From Nitrospira sp. (GTDB taxonomy: Bacteria > Nitrospirota > Nitrospiria > Nitrospirales > Nitrospiraceae): DNA of 64,000 bases. Shown piece by piece: positions 1-8,891 of the stretch. The translations under genes were made by a program, and so were the position numbers. The stretch spans positions 1,536,001 through 1,600,000 of the forward strand of contig AP038806.1 of the NCBI GenBank assembly GCA_047150005.1, given 5' to 3'. The notes under the pieces were generated by a model. It made no database searches. It was not told the DNA's origin and saw nothing but the letters and a program-made list of their open reading frames with translations. Each line of letters opens with the position of its first letter. The first letter of the stretch is position 1.

Positions 1-1306
1 GTTCACCTGGTCGTTGACCACCGCCTGGGGCGGCTTTGGAGGCCTGGTCGCGAAGGATTGGCACGCGCGGGCACGTTCGACGGAAGCCATGTACGGAGAA
101 GTCTATGGCGCGGTGTCGCAGGTGCCGGGCCTGCGCGTCTTTCCCCGTCTGGATCCGCCGCTGCCGACCCCCGGTCAGTACGATGTTGAACTGGTGTTGC
201 AGAGCGACGTGCCGCCACAGCAGATGCTTGAGACGGTCGGCGCCGTATTGGGCGCCGGCTGGCAGAGCGGCAGGTTCTTGTATGTGGACACCGACTTGAA
301 GATCGATCTGCCCGAAGCCCGCGTCGTCCTGGACCGGGAACGGCTGGCCGACTTGGGGCTGGACCTCGCCGGGGTCGGTCGTGAACTCGGCACGCTCCTC
401 GGCGGCGCCTATGTCAACCGGTTCAACTATTTCGACCGCAGTTATAAGGTCATCCCTCAAATCGGCGATAAAGACCGGGCGACGGTCGATCCGCTTCTGG
501 ACCTGAAGATCAAGACACCCGGCGGCCAGCTTGTGCCGGTCTCGACGTTCACGCACATCGAAACGAGCACGGCCCCGCGGACGTTGAACCGCTTTCAGCA
601 GCGCAATGCCGTCCGAATCTTCGGCGGGGTCAAGCCGGGCGTGACGAAGGAAGAAGGACTGCGCATCCTCGAGGCTGCGGCCACTGCGTCGGCCGGGCCC
701 GGCGTCGTCCTTGACTACGCGGGCGAGTCACGGCAGATCCGCCAGGAGGGTGCCGCGCTCACCGTCACCCTGGGATTCGCCGTCGTGCTCATCTACCTGG
801 TGCTGGCGGCGCAGTTCCAGAGCTTCCGCGACCCGCTGATTGTCCTGCTCGGCTCGGTTCCTCTGGCCATCTCCGGCGCGCTGGTGTTCAGCTTCCTGGA
901 CCTCACGACGATCAACATCTACTCGCAGGTGGGACTGATCACCCTGGTGGGGCTGATTGCGAAGAACGGCATCCTCATCGTGGAATTCGCCAACCAGCTG
1001 CAAGCGCAAGGGCTTTCGCGGATGGCTGCGGTGCGTGAGGCCTCGCTGACCAGACTGCGGCCGGTGCTGATGACCTCCGCGGCCACCGTCTTCGGCCACC
1101 TCCCCTTGGTGCTGGCCTCGGGGCCGGGAGCGGCGGCCCGCAACAGCATCGGGATGGTATTGGTCACAGGGATGACCGTCGGGACGTTATTCACGCTGTT
1201 CGTCGTGCCGGTGTTCTATTCACTCATCGCCGCCCAGCATCAGCCGAGTCCCGCAAGCGAGGACATCAGCCATGAAAGACTCGCGCTCGCCGGAGCAGCA
1301 GGATAA
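1..1306 (+). CDS. RND efflux permease (AcrB/AcrD/AcrF family), 5'-truncated by window edge
   Basis: C-terminal RND motifs LAAQFQSFRDPLIVL, GLITLVGLIAKNGILIVEFAN, RLRPVLMTS; stop at 1304-1306. Confidence 0.93.
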   Translation, partial: FTWSLTTAWGGFGGLVAKDWHARARSTEAMYGEVYGAVSQVPGLRVFPRLDPPLPTPGQYDVELVLQSDVPPQQMLETVGAVLGAGWQSGRFLYVDTDLKIDLPEARVVLDRERLADLGLDLAGVGRELGTLLGGAYVNRFNYFDRSYKVIPQIGDKDRATVDPLLDLKIKTPGGQLVPVSTFTHIETSTAPRTLNRFQQRNAVRIFGGVKPGVTKEEGLRILEAAATASAGPGVVLDYAGESRQIRQEGAALTVTLGFAVVLIYLVLAAQFQSFRDPLIVLLGSVPLAISGALVFSFLDLTTINIYSQVGLITLVGLIAKNGILIVEFANQLQAQGLSRMAAVREASLTRLRPVLMTSAATVFGHLPLVLASGPGAAARNSIGMVLVTGMTVGTLFTLFVVPVFYSLIAAQHQPSPASEDISHERLALAGAAG

Positions 1307-1456
1307 CTCGAGCCGTCGAGACACGAATCGATCAGCGAGTGTCGTTTCATCCTGCTGCATGCCATCCTCGCCTTGGTCGTGCCCTCCGTCCAACGAGCCG
1401 CACTTCCGTTCCAATATCAATCGCTTACGCACACGTGCCGGAGGCCGCCGGGCCGA

Positions 1457-1482
1457 TGTCGATTTCAGGGCTCCGTCACGAC
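1457..1482 (+). promoter_or_regulatory. Candidate ECF42-type promoter (TGTCGA-N16-CGAC)
   Basis: Matches the TGTCGA / CG(A/T)C motif described for ECF42 targets; lies 40 bp upstream of a DGPF/YciI gene. Confidence 0.55.
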
Positions 1483-1522
1483 TATCTCACGACAAGCGGA
1501 TGACACGGACGGAGGCCTGCTG

Positions 1523-1879
1523 ATGAAATACATGTTGCTCATTTACTTTGAAGAGAAGGCGGGGTTGAGTGAGGCCGAACGGCAGGATTGCTACAAGGAA
1601 TCCTCGCAACTCGCTCATGAGCTCCACTCGAAGGGACAGTATGTTGCCGGCAATCCTCTCCACGAGACGTCGATGGCGACGAGTGTGAGGGTTCGTGGCG
1701 GCAGGCGACTGGTGACCGATGGTCCGTTCGCGGAGACACGGGAACAACTGGGCGGATATTTCCTCATCGAGGCGGACAATCTTGACGAGGCGATCGCCGT
1801 GGACGCGCGTATCCCCATGGCACGTAAGGGAACGGTCGAAGTACGCCCGGTCATCGAGATTCCCGGTCTCCCGACGTAG
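1523..1879 (+). CDS. YciI/DGPF family protein
   Basis: VTDGPFAETREQLGGYFLI motif; GGAGG RBS before ATG 1523. Confidence 0.9.
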   Translation: MKYMLLIYFEEKAGLSEAERQDCYKESSQLAHELHSKGQYVAGNPLHETSMATSVRVRGGRRLVTDGPFAETREQLGGYFLIEADNLDEAIAVDARIPMARKGTVEVRPVIEIPGLPT

Positions 1880-1913
1880 CAATGATCGACCCGACGCGAA
1901 GGAGTCACAGCTC

Positions 1914-2405
1914 ATGCAAAAGATCATGCCGTGCTTGTGGTTCGACGACCAAGCGGAAGAGGCGATGAATTTTTATCAATCGATCTTTAAGCACTCCAGG
2001 GTTGGAAGCATCGTTCGCTATGGAGAAGCAGGAGCGAAGCTCTCCGGCAGACCGAAAGGATCGGTGATGACTGCGACGTTTGAGCTCGAAGGTCAAGAGT
2101 TCATGGCGCTCAACGGCGGCCCGCTCTTTAAATTCAGCGAGGCCATTTCGCTTATCGTCAACTGCGAGACGCAACAAGAAATCGATGAATACTGGGAGAA
2201 ACTTTCCGCCGGGGGAGAGCAAGGAGTCTGCGGCTGGCTGAAAGACAGATATGGACTGTCCTGGCAGATCGTTCCCACGGTCTTGACGGAGATGCTGCAA
2301 GACCAAGACACAGAGAGAACGGACCGTGTGATGCAAGCCATTCTTCACATGAAGAAACCCGACATCACACAATTGAAGCAGGCCTATGAAAGGAGTCAGG
2401 CATGA
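1914..2405 (+). CDS. VOC/PhnB-like (3-demethylubiquinone-9 3-methyltransferase family) protein
   Basis: [48 protein letters not shown]. Confidence 0.9.
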   Translation: MQKIMPCLWFDDQAEEAMNFYQSIFKHSRVGSIVRYGEAGAKLSGRPKGSVMTATFELEGQEFMALNGGPLFKFSEAISLIVNCETQQEIDEYWEKLSAGGEQGVCGWLKDRYGLSWQIVPTVLTEMLQDQDTERTDRVMQAILHMKKPDITQLKQAYERSQA

Positions 2406-3586
2406 ACAAGGTGCGATTACTCGTCGGGACAAAAAAAGGCGCCTTCATTCTGACGTCGGATGGAACACGCAAACAATGGGACGTAAGCGGTCCCTTCTTC
2501 GGCGGCTGGGAGCTGTACCATCTCAAGGGGTCGCTGGCCGATCCGAATCGGCTCTATGCGTCGCAAACCAGCAGTTGGTTCGGGCAGATCATTCAGCGAT
2601 CGGATGACGGAGGCAAGACTTGGAATGCGCCTGGGACCAAGCCGGAGGACCTCATGGGTCCCGACGGCATGCCGAAGGGCGAAAGCAACATGTTTCTGTA
2701 CGATACTTCGGTCGAAACCGGCAAACCGCTCACGACACACCAGTGGTACGACGGCACGCAGAAGCCCTGGGAATTCAAGCGGGTGTGGCATCTCGAGCCG
2801 TCGCTGACCGATCCCGATACGGTCTATGCCGGGGTCGAGGATGCGGCGCTTTTCCGGACGACCGACGGGGGGCGAACCTGGCATGAGTTGGCGGGGCTGC
2901 GCGAGGTCAAGGGCAGTCTGTGGCAGCCGGGCGCAGGCGGGATGTGCCTGCATACCATCATGCTGGATCGAACCGATCCCGGACGGATGTACAGTGCCAT
3001 CTCCGCGGCGGGTGCCTTTCGCACAGACGACGGCGGCAAGACCTGGCGGGCGATCAACAAAGGCCTCAAGTCCCAGTATGAACTGCCCGATCCGGATGCG
3101 GATGTCGGGCATTGTGTGCATCGCATCGCCATGCATCCGTCGCGCCCGAACGTGCTGTTCATGCAAAAGCACTGGGACGTCATGCGGAGCGATGATGCCG
3201 GCGGCTCCTGGCATGAAATCAGCGGCAACCTGCCGACCGACTTCGGCTTTCCGATCGACGTGCATGCCCACGAACCGAATACCATCTATGTCGTCCCGAT
3301 CAAGAGCGACTCGGAGCACTATCCGCCGGAGGGCAAGCTGCGCGTCTATCGGAGCAAAACGGGCGGCAACGAGTGGGAGGCGTTGACGAAGGGGCTGCCG
3401 CAACGGGATTGCTACGTCAACATCCTGCGCGATGCGATGGCCGTCGACCAGCTCGATCCCTGTGGGATCTATTTCGGCACCACCGGCGGACAGGTCTATG
3501 GATCGGCCACCGGCGGCGACAGCTGGGAGCCGATCGTACGGGATCTGCCGGCGGTCCTGTCGGTCGAGGTGCAGACACTCCCATAA
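2402..3586 (+). CDS. BNR/Asp-box beta-propeller protein (exo-alpha-sialidase-like)
   Basis: Repeated [24 protein letters not shown] Asp boxes; no obvious signal peptide; ATGA overlap with upstream gene. Confidence 0.85.
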   Translation: MNKVRLLVGTKKGAFILTSDGTRKQWDVSGPFFGGWELYHLKGSLADPNRLYASQTSSWFGQIIQRSDDGGKTWNAPGTKPEDLMGPDGMPKGESNMFLYDTSVETGKPLTTHQWYDGTQKPWEFKRVWHLEPSLTDPDTVYAGVEDAALFRTTDGGRTWHELAGLREVKGSLWQPGAGGMCLHTIMLDRTDPGRMYSAISAAGAFRTDDGGKTWRAINKGLKSQYELPDPDADVGHCVHRIAMHPSRPNVLFMQKHWDVMRSDDAGGSWHEISGNLPTDFGFPIDVHAHEPNTIYVVPIKSDSEHYPPEGKLRVYRSKTGGNEWEALTKGLPQRDCYVNILRDAMAVDQLDPCGIYFGTTGGQVYGSATGGDSWEPIVRDLPAVLSVEVQTLP

Positions 3587-3587
3587 A

Positions 3588-3618
3588 AGTGCTGAGTGCT
3601 GAGGCCTGAGTGCTGAGT
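3588..3618. repeat. Tandem heptamer repeat (AGTGCTG)n
   Basis: agtgctg agtgctg aggcctg agtgctg agt. Confidence 0.75.
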
Positions 3619-3663
3619 CGGAAGACGATACCGTAATAAAGCGTAAAGCGTGACGAGAGACCC

Positions 3664-3960
3664 ATGATTCGAGTCGTGCTCCCGGCTCATCTGCGGACGT
3701 TGGCGCGCGTCAGCGGCGAGGTGACGCTTGAAATTGACGGGCCGGTGACGCCGCGCGCGATTCTTGACGCGCTCGAAGCCCGTTATCCGATGTTACGGGG
3801 GACAGTCCGTGACCATGTGACGCTCAAGCGTCGAGCCTTTGTGAGGTTCTTCGCTTGCGAGCAGGACCTGTCCCATTCATCGCCGGATGCCGCGCTGCCC
3901 GATGCAGTAGCAACGGGCGCGGAACCGTTTCTGATTGTGGGAGCCATGGCGGGCGGCTAG
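3664..3960 (+). CDS. MoaD/ThiS ubiquitin-like protein
   Basis: 98 aa beta-grasp pattern (VVLPAHLR...LEARYPML) ending in AMAGG di-glycine. Confidence 0.88.
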   Translation: MIRVVLPAHLRTLARVSGEVTLEIDGPVTPRAILDALEARYPMLRGTVRDHVTLKRRAFVRFFACEQDLSHSSPDAALPDAVATGAEPFLIVGAMAGG

Positions 3961-3964
3961 CAGA

Positions 3965-4040
3965 CGGTTGAAACAGGCCGCCGGCGTCGTTCTCGCGTCG
4001 CCTCCTCGCTACGGCCTTGCTGAACGGCCTGTGTGAGCGG
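3965..4040. repeat. REP/MITE-like intergenic palindrome
   Basis: ACAGGCCG (3973-3980) / CGGCCTGT (4025-4032) inverted repeat; a degenerate similar segment lies at ~36369-36430. Confidence 0.4.
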
Positions 4041-4082
4041 AAAGCGTGTTGTACAAACGACGGGATGGCAAGAGGCATACGA

Positions 4083-4448
4083 ATGAAGTGCCTGTTGCTG
4101 GTTCATCATGACGAAGAGGCCTTCAGCAAGATGCCCGAAGCCAAGCGACAGGAGATGCTTGAGGAGTCCGTGCAGCTGACGCATCACCTGCACGCCAACG
4201 GGCAGTATGTGCACGCCTCGCCGCTCCAGCCTGCAGCGACCGGCGTCATCGTTCGTGTTCGGGAGGGCAAGCCGCTGGTGACCGACGGGCCGTTTGCCGA
4301 GACGAGAGAGCAACTTGCCGGCTACTTTCTGATCGATGCGAAGGATCTCAACGAGGCTGTTCGTATCGCCGTCAGGATTCCCGGTGGGCGCATCGGCGCG
4401 GTCGAGGTGCGACCGCTGAGGCAAATCACAGGGTTGCCCGGAGAGTAG
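4083..4448 (+). CDS. YciI/DGPF family protein
   Basis: LVTDGPFAETREQLAGYFLI; paralog of 1523-1879. Confidence 0.9.
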   Translation: MKCLLLVHHDEEAFSKMPEAKRQEMLEESVQLTHHLHANGQYVHASPLQPAATGVIVRVREGKPLVTDGPFAETREQLAGYFLIDAKDLNEAVRIAVRIPGGRIGAVEVRPLRQITGLPGE

Positions 4449-4541
4449 CGATGCAAGAAGCACGTATGGGGCGGACGCGCTGAGTGTTGGCAGTTTTCGT
4501 GACGAGATACGAGCGATGCATCACGGACGACGAAGTCAGCC

Positions 4542-4568
4542 CGTCGATTTCAGAGACGGTCATTCGAC
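4542..4568 (+). promoter_or_regulatory. Second candidate ECF42-type promoter (CGTCGA-N17-CGAC)
   Basis: Shares the 11-mer GTCGATTTCAG with the site at 1458; upstream of the third DGPF gene. Confidence 0.45.
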
Positions 4569-4637
4569 TAATGAGTGATGGGAAGGAGAGTCGGAGTTGA
4601 CCGGCTCGCAACTCGAAACCGGAAGGGGGATCCTCCA

Positions 4638-5087
4638 ATGCGATTCATGATCATCGTCAAGGCCACGAAGAATTCGGAAGCCGGCGTCATGCCGAGCGAG
4701 AAGCTCCTCGCCGACATGGGGAAGTTCAACGAGGACCTGGCCGACGCCGGACTGTTGCTTGCCGGAGAGGGGCTCCAGGCGAGTTCGAAGGGCGCGCGAG
4801 TGAAGTTCTCCGGAACGACGCGGACCGTCATCGATGGTCCCTTCGCCGAAACGAAGGAGTTGATCGCAGGCTACTGGCTCTGGCAGTGCAAGTCGAAAGA
4901 AGAGGCGATCGAATGGGTCAAGCGCTGTCCGAATCCGATGCCCGGCGAGGAGTCCGAAATCGAAATCCGTCAAGTGTTTGAAGCGGACGATTTCGGCGCT
5001 GAGTTCACGCCTGAGCTGAGAGCACAGGAAGAACGAATCAGAGCACAGGAAGCGCGGCGACGGACTCAAACAGCCAAGAAGAACTAA
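4638..5087 (+). CDS. YciI/DGPF family protein
   Basis: MRFMIIVKAT, VIDGPFAETKELIAGYWLWQ, EIEIRQVFE. Confidence 0.9.
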   Translation: MRFMIIVKATKNSEAGVMPSEKLLADMGKFNEDLADAGLLLAGEGLQASSKGARVKFSGTTRTVIDGPFAETKELIAGYWLWQCKSKEEAIEWVKRCPNPMPGEESEIEIRQVFEADDFGAEFTPELRAQEERIRAQEARRRTQTAKKN

Positions 5088-5129
5088 TCATCCATTGACG
5101 CTCAGTCCTCAGCACTTGAAACGATAGGA

Positions 5130-5663
5130 GTGGCCATGCTGACAACCATCATGATTGTAACTGGTGCCGCGATCGCGGCAGTGCTCGGCTATGCCGCAAC
5201 CAAACCTGACACGTTTCGTATTCAACGGTCAGCGAACATCGCGGCGCCGCCGGACAAGGTGTTCGGGTTCATCAACGATCTCCACGCCTGGGCATCCTGG
5301 TCGCCCTGGGAGAAGAAGGATCCGGGGATGAAAAAGACACACAGCGGCGCCTCGCAGGGGAAAGGCGCCGTGCTCGAATGGGACGGAAACAAAGACGTCG
5401 GCACGGGTCGCATGGAAGTGATGGGGTCCGCTCCTTCCTCGAAGGTCCTGATCAAACTGGATTTCTTCAAACCGTTCGAAGCGCACAACCAGGCCGAGTT
5501 CACGGTGGCTCCCAGCGGCGGCTCGACGCAGGTCACGTGGGCGATGTATGGCCCGCAGCCGTACATGATGAAGGTCATGGGACTCTTTTGCAGCATGGAC
5601 AAGATGGTCGGGAAAGATTTCGATGCGGGCTTGGCCAACCTCAAGGCGCTGGCTGAGAAATAG
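5130..5663 (+). CDS. SRPBCC (START/polyketide cyclase) family protein
   Basis: N-terminal hydrophobic anchor, WSPWEKKDP, LDFFKPFEA, GKDFDAGLANLK. Confidence 0.88.
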   Translation: MAMLTTIMIVTGAAIAAVLGYAATKPDTFRIQRSANIAAPPDKVFGFINDLHAWASWSPWEKKDPGMKKTHSGASQGKGAVLEWDGNKDVGTGRMEVMGSAPSSKVLIKLDFFKPFEAHNQAEFTVAPSGGSTQVTWAMYGPQPYMMKVMGLFCSMDKMVGKDFDAGLANLKALAEK

Positions 5664-5677
5664 AGGAGAGCAGTCGA

Positions 5678-5922
5678 ATGCGTTACGTCGATGGTCATGT
5701 GTTGCCCGTTCCCAAGAAAACCCTCGAGGCCTATCGACTCCTGGCGCAGGAGGCGGGAAAAATCTGGCGGGATCACGGCGCGCTGGATTACAAAGAGTGC
5801 GCCGGCGACGATCTCAACACAAAGATGGGGGCTTCGTGAAATCTCTACCGTTCGATGCCAAGCGCATGGTCTACGGCGGATTCAAAGTCATGGTTGATGC
5901 AAAGCAGAGGAGAAGGTCATGA
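5678..5922 (+). pseudogene. DUF1428 (YbaA-like) gene with internal deletion and frameshift
   Basis: MRYVDGHVLPVPKK...HGALDYKECAGDD stops at 5839; the family C-terminus PFDAKRMVYGGF follows at once in another frame; central part missing. Confidence 0.8.
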
Positions 5923-6317
5923 CGTCAACTTATTCGAGTTTCTCGCCCCCCTCGAAGAAGATGCTCTGGGCAGGATATACCATGGGGGCGCTGCCCGTGT
6001 TGATGCTGCTCTTCAGCGCGTCGATGAAGTTGCTGAAGCTACCGGCGGCCATGGAGGGGTTTATCCATCTGGGATATCCCGAGCACGTCGCGCTCCCGCT
6101 CGGGATCGTCGAACTCGCCTCCACGGTCCTCTATGTCATCCCGCGCACCTCCGTGCTCGGCGCAATCTTGCTGACGGGGTACCTCGGCGGCGCCACCGCC
6201 ACTCATGTGCGAGTCGGCGAACCATTCTTCATGGCGATCGTGCTCGGTATCCTGGTCTGGGGAGGGTTGTACTTGCGTGACAAGCGACTGCAGGCGCTCA
6301 TTCCCTTGCGAAGCTGA
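5919..6317 (+). CDS. DoxX family membrane protein
   Basis: LYVIPRTSVLGAILLTGYLGGATATHVR; about 4 TM helices. Confidence 0.88.
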   Translation: MTSTYSSFSPPSKKMLWAGYTMGALPVLMLLFSASMKLLKLPAAMEGFIHLGYPEHVALPLGIVELASTVLYVIPRTSVLGAILLTGYLGGATATHVRVGEPFFMAIVLGILVWGGLYLRDKRLQALIPLRS

Positions 6318-6380
6318 CCGACAAGGTCGCGAGAATTGGTTCCGTCACTGTGCCCATCACTCAATCACAAGGAGGCCGTC

Positions 6381-6980
6381 ATGCGCTTCATCTCTCTCAC
6401 GATTACGACGATGTGCTTCATGCTCACCGTCTCGCCGGTCCTGGCGAAAGAAAAGAAACACGACAAGCAAATGGACCAACAGGAAATGATGGAGGTCTGG
6501 AAGAAGCTCGGCACGCCCGGGGAGCCGCACAAATTGTTCGCCGGCATCGCCGGCAGCTACACGACCCATACAAAGGAATGGATGGAACCGGGTAAGCCGC
6601 CGGTGGAATCGGACGGCACCTCCGAGTCCAAGATGCTGCTGGACGGGCGATTTCTCTATCAGGAATATCATAGCCAAATGATGGGACAGCCCTTCCACGG
6701 CATCGGGATCGACGGCTACGACAACCTGACGAAGAAGTATGTCACCGCCTGGATCGACAGCATGGGCACGGGGATTTTCTTCATGGAAGGCACGGCCAGC
6801 CCCGACGGCAAAACCATCACGTTGCGCGGCTCGCATCCGGAACCTGGCGGAGGCAAGATGTCGCATCGCGCGGTCTGGAAGATCGTCGATAACAACAATC
6901 AGATCTTCGAGATGTACGGCAGTCACGGCAAAGAGAAGGAAATGAAGTTTCTGGAGATCACCTATACGCGCAAGCCTTGA
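6381..6980 (+). CDS. DUF1579 domain exported protein
   Basis: Signal peptide; PGEPHKL, LDGRFL, GYDNLTKKYVTAWIDSMGTG; AAGGAGG RBS. Confidence 0.85.
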   Translation: MRFISLTITTMCFMLTVSPVLAKEKKHDKQMDQQEMMEVWKKLGTPGEPHKLFAGIAGSYTTHTKEWMEPGKPPVESDGTSESKMLLDGRFLYQEYHSQMMGQPFHGIGIDGYDNLTKKYVTAWIDSMGTGIFFMEGTASPDGKTITLRGSHPEPGGGKMSHRAVWKIVDNNNQIFEMYGSHGKEKEMKFLEITYTRKP

Positions 6981-7182
6981 ATAGGCGCCGGTTGCGTCAA
7001 AGCAAGGGTTCCCCGTCGTTACGCCGATAGATTTCTCCTACCCGCCCAGTCTCCTGCCGATGGTTCGGCTTGTGCCGGGATATCGGCAGGTCTCCCTCGT
7101 CATTCAGTGGGGCTGGATGGCGGAAGATCAAAGTCGCCTTGTTCTTTCAATCAGTTACAGGAGCAGATTCAGTCGCCTCAAC

Positions 7183-7197
7183 TGGAACGGGCCTTGC
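7183..7197 (+). promoter_or_regulatory. Sigma54 (-24/-12) promoter
   Basis: TGGAAC-GGGCC-TTGC; IHF-like site at 7145-7157; 9-bp inverted repeat CCTGCCGAT/ATCGGCAGG (7053-7090) as possible enhancer. Confidence 0.65.
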
Positions 7198-7225
7198 CAT
7201 TCCCTTGTGTCAGGGGGAACAAGGG

Positions 7226-7540
7226 ATGCTGAAAATCACCGAACAGACAGCTGAAGGGACCGAATCGATGTCCCTGCTGCTCGAGGGGCGCTTGGCTGGT
7301 CCCTGGGTCGAGGAGGTCGATTCCTATTGGCGCCGATTGGATGACAACCAGCGAAGAGGGACCGTGATCAACCTGAGCGGCGTGACCTTCGTCGCTGCGG
7401 AAGGGAAGGCCCTCCTGACTCGAATGTGGAAAACCGGCGCGAGGTTTGTTGCCGCAGGTTGTTTGATGAGATGTCTCGTCGATGAGATCACCGGCGCAGC
7501 CGCCGAGACTTCCTGTGCGCACGAAAAGAAGATCAGCTGA
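7226..7540 (+). CDS. STAS-like (anti-sigma antagonist-like) small protein
   Basis: MLKIT...LLLEGRLAGPWVEE...INLSGVTFVAAEGKALL pattern. Confidence 0.7.
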   Translation: MLKITEQTAEGTESMSLLLEGRLAGPWVEEVDSYWRRLDDNQRRGTVINLSGVTFVAAEGKALLTRMWKTGARFVAAGCLMRCLVDEITGAAAETSCAHEKKIS

Positions 7541-7555
7541 AGGGAGGGAGTGACT

Positions 7556-7717
7556 ATGGAAGGACTTGTCCTCTTGGTATTGGTGATCATTCCAGCTATT
7601 CTGTTGCTCGTTCTCATCAGGGTGCTGGTATTCTATCCCGCCGCGGCAATCACTGTGTCTACCGGCAGGGCGATTCGGGGAGCAACCGGAGAAAGACGCC
7701 ATGGCCTTCTTGGCTAA
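7556..7717 (+). CDS. 53-aa single-pass membrane microprotein (not in ORF track)
   Basis: RBS AGGGAGGGAG; MEGLVLLVLVIIPAILLLVLIRVLVFYPAAAITVSTGRAIRGATGERRHGLLG; overlaps the start of the RND adaptor. Confidence 0.55.
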   Translation: MEGLVLLVLVIIPAILLLVLIRVLVFYPAAAITVSTGRAIRGATGERRHGLLG

Positions 7718-8888
7718 AGAACCGTTCGGATGTATGGCCTCGTTGCTCGCTCTGGCGTTAGGGGCGGGACTGCCAGGGTGCAAGGAGCAGGCTGATTCAG
7801 CTCCGGCTCAGCAACTGGCTCAGGTCGAAGTGATCACCGTCTCCACACAGACCGTGCCGGATGAACCGGAATTCATCGGTCAGGCGGAAGCCTCCCGTCC
7901 GGTCGAGATCCGCTCGCAGGTGACGGGGATCCTCAAGGCCGTGATGTATTCGGAGGGCCGTGAGGTCAAAAAAGGAGATCGGCTCTACCAGATCGATCCC
8001 GTCCCTTTCCACGCCGCGGTGGCAAGCGCCAAAGCTAAGATCGCGCAAGCCGAAGCCAAGGTTGTGCAGGCCAAACAGGACCTGGCACGGGTAAAGCCGC
8101 TGCTCATCGAGCGGGCCGTGAGCCAGAAGGACGTGGATGACGCGGTGGCGGAGAATCTCTCGGCCAAAGCGGCCCTGCAGGGCGCCAAGGCCGATCTCAT
8201 CAAGGCGCAGTTCGATTTCGACAACACGCTGATCACGGCTCCAATCGACGGCATGATCGAGCGTAGCCGGTATTACGAGGGACGTCTGGTCTCGGCTCAA
8301 ACGGACTTGCTGACAGTGGTTCACCGCGTCGATCCGATGTATGTGGTCGTGAGTGTGCCGGAAACGTTTTTTCTCAAGCGAACCCATGACATTGAAGCCA
8401 AAAAGATCAACCACCCCGGTGCCTATGAATTGCGCGGCGCTCTGACCTTCATGGATGGGACTGCCTATCCCTACGAGGGAGTTCTGGATCTCATGGAGCC
8501 GGGCATGCGGACTGAGACAGGCTCGCGCATCGAGCGCATGACCTTTCCGAATCCCAAACGCACGCTGTTGCCGGGACAATTCGTGAAAGTGAAGTTCAAG
8601 GGAGACGCCAAGCCGAACGCCGTTCTGATTCCGCAACGGTCTGTGTTGCAAGGGCCTCAGGGCCCGTTCGTGTTTGTCGTGGGGCCGGAAGAACGGATCG
8701 AAATTCGGCCGGTCGAAGCGTCGGTCTGGCAAGGGGATCAGTGGCTCATCGACTCGGGGCTCAATCCCGGCGAGCGGGTCGTCGTCAACGGACTCATGAA
8801 GATCGGACCGGGCGCTCCGGTCAAGGCTGTGCCATGGACGCCAAACCCTCCGGCGGATGCTTCTCCTGATCAGACCAAGCAAGGATAA
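7701..8888 (+). CDS. RND periplasmic adaptor subunit (AcrA/MexA family), lipoprotein
   Basis: Lipobox LPGC; VEIRSQVTG, LYQIDP, ITAPIDG, LLPGQFV. Confidence 0.93.
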   Translation: MAFLAKEPFGCMASLLALALGAGLPGCKEQADSAPAQQLAQVEVITVSTQTVPDEPEFIGQAEASRPVEIRSQVTGILKAVMYSEGREVKKGDRLYQIDPVPFHAAVASAKAKIAQAEAKVVQAKQDLARVKPLLIERAVSQKDVDDAVAENLSAKAALQGAKADLIKAQFDFDNTLITAPIDGMIERSRYYEGRLVSAQTDLLTVVHRVDPMYVVVSVPETFFLKRTHDIEAKKINHPGAYELRGALTFMDGTAYPYEGVLDLMEPGMRTETGSRIERMTFPNPKRTLLPGQFVKVKFKGDAKPNAVLIPQRSVLQGPQGPFVFVVGPEERIEIRPVEASVWQGDQWLIDSGLNPGERVVVNGLMKIGPGAPVKAVPWTPNPPADASPDQTKQG

Positions 8889-8891
8889 CCG

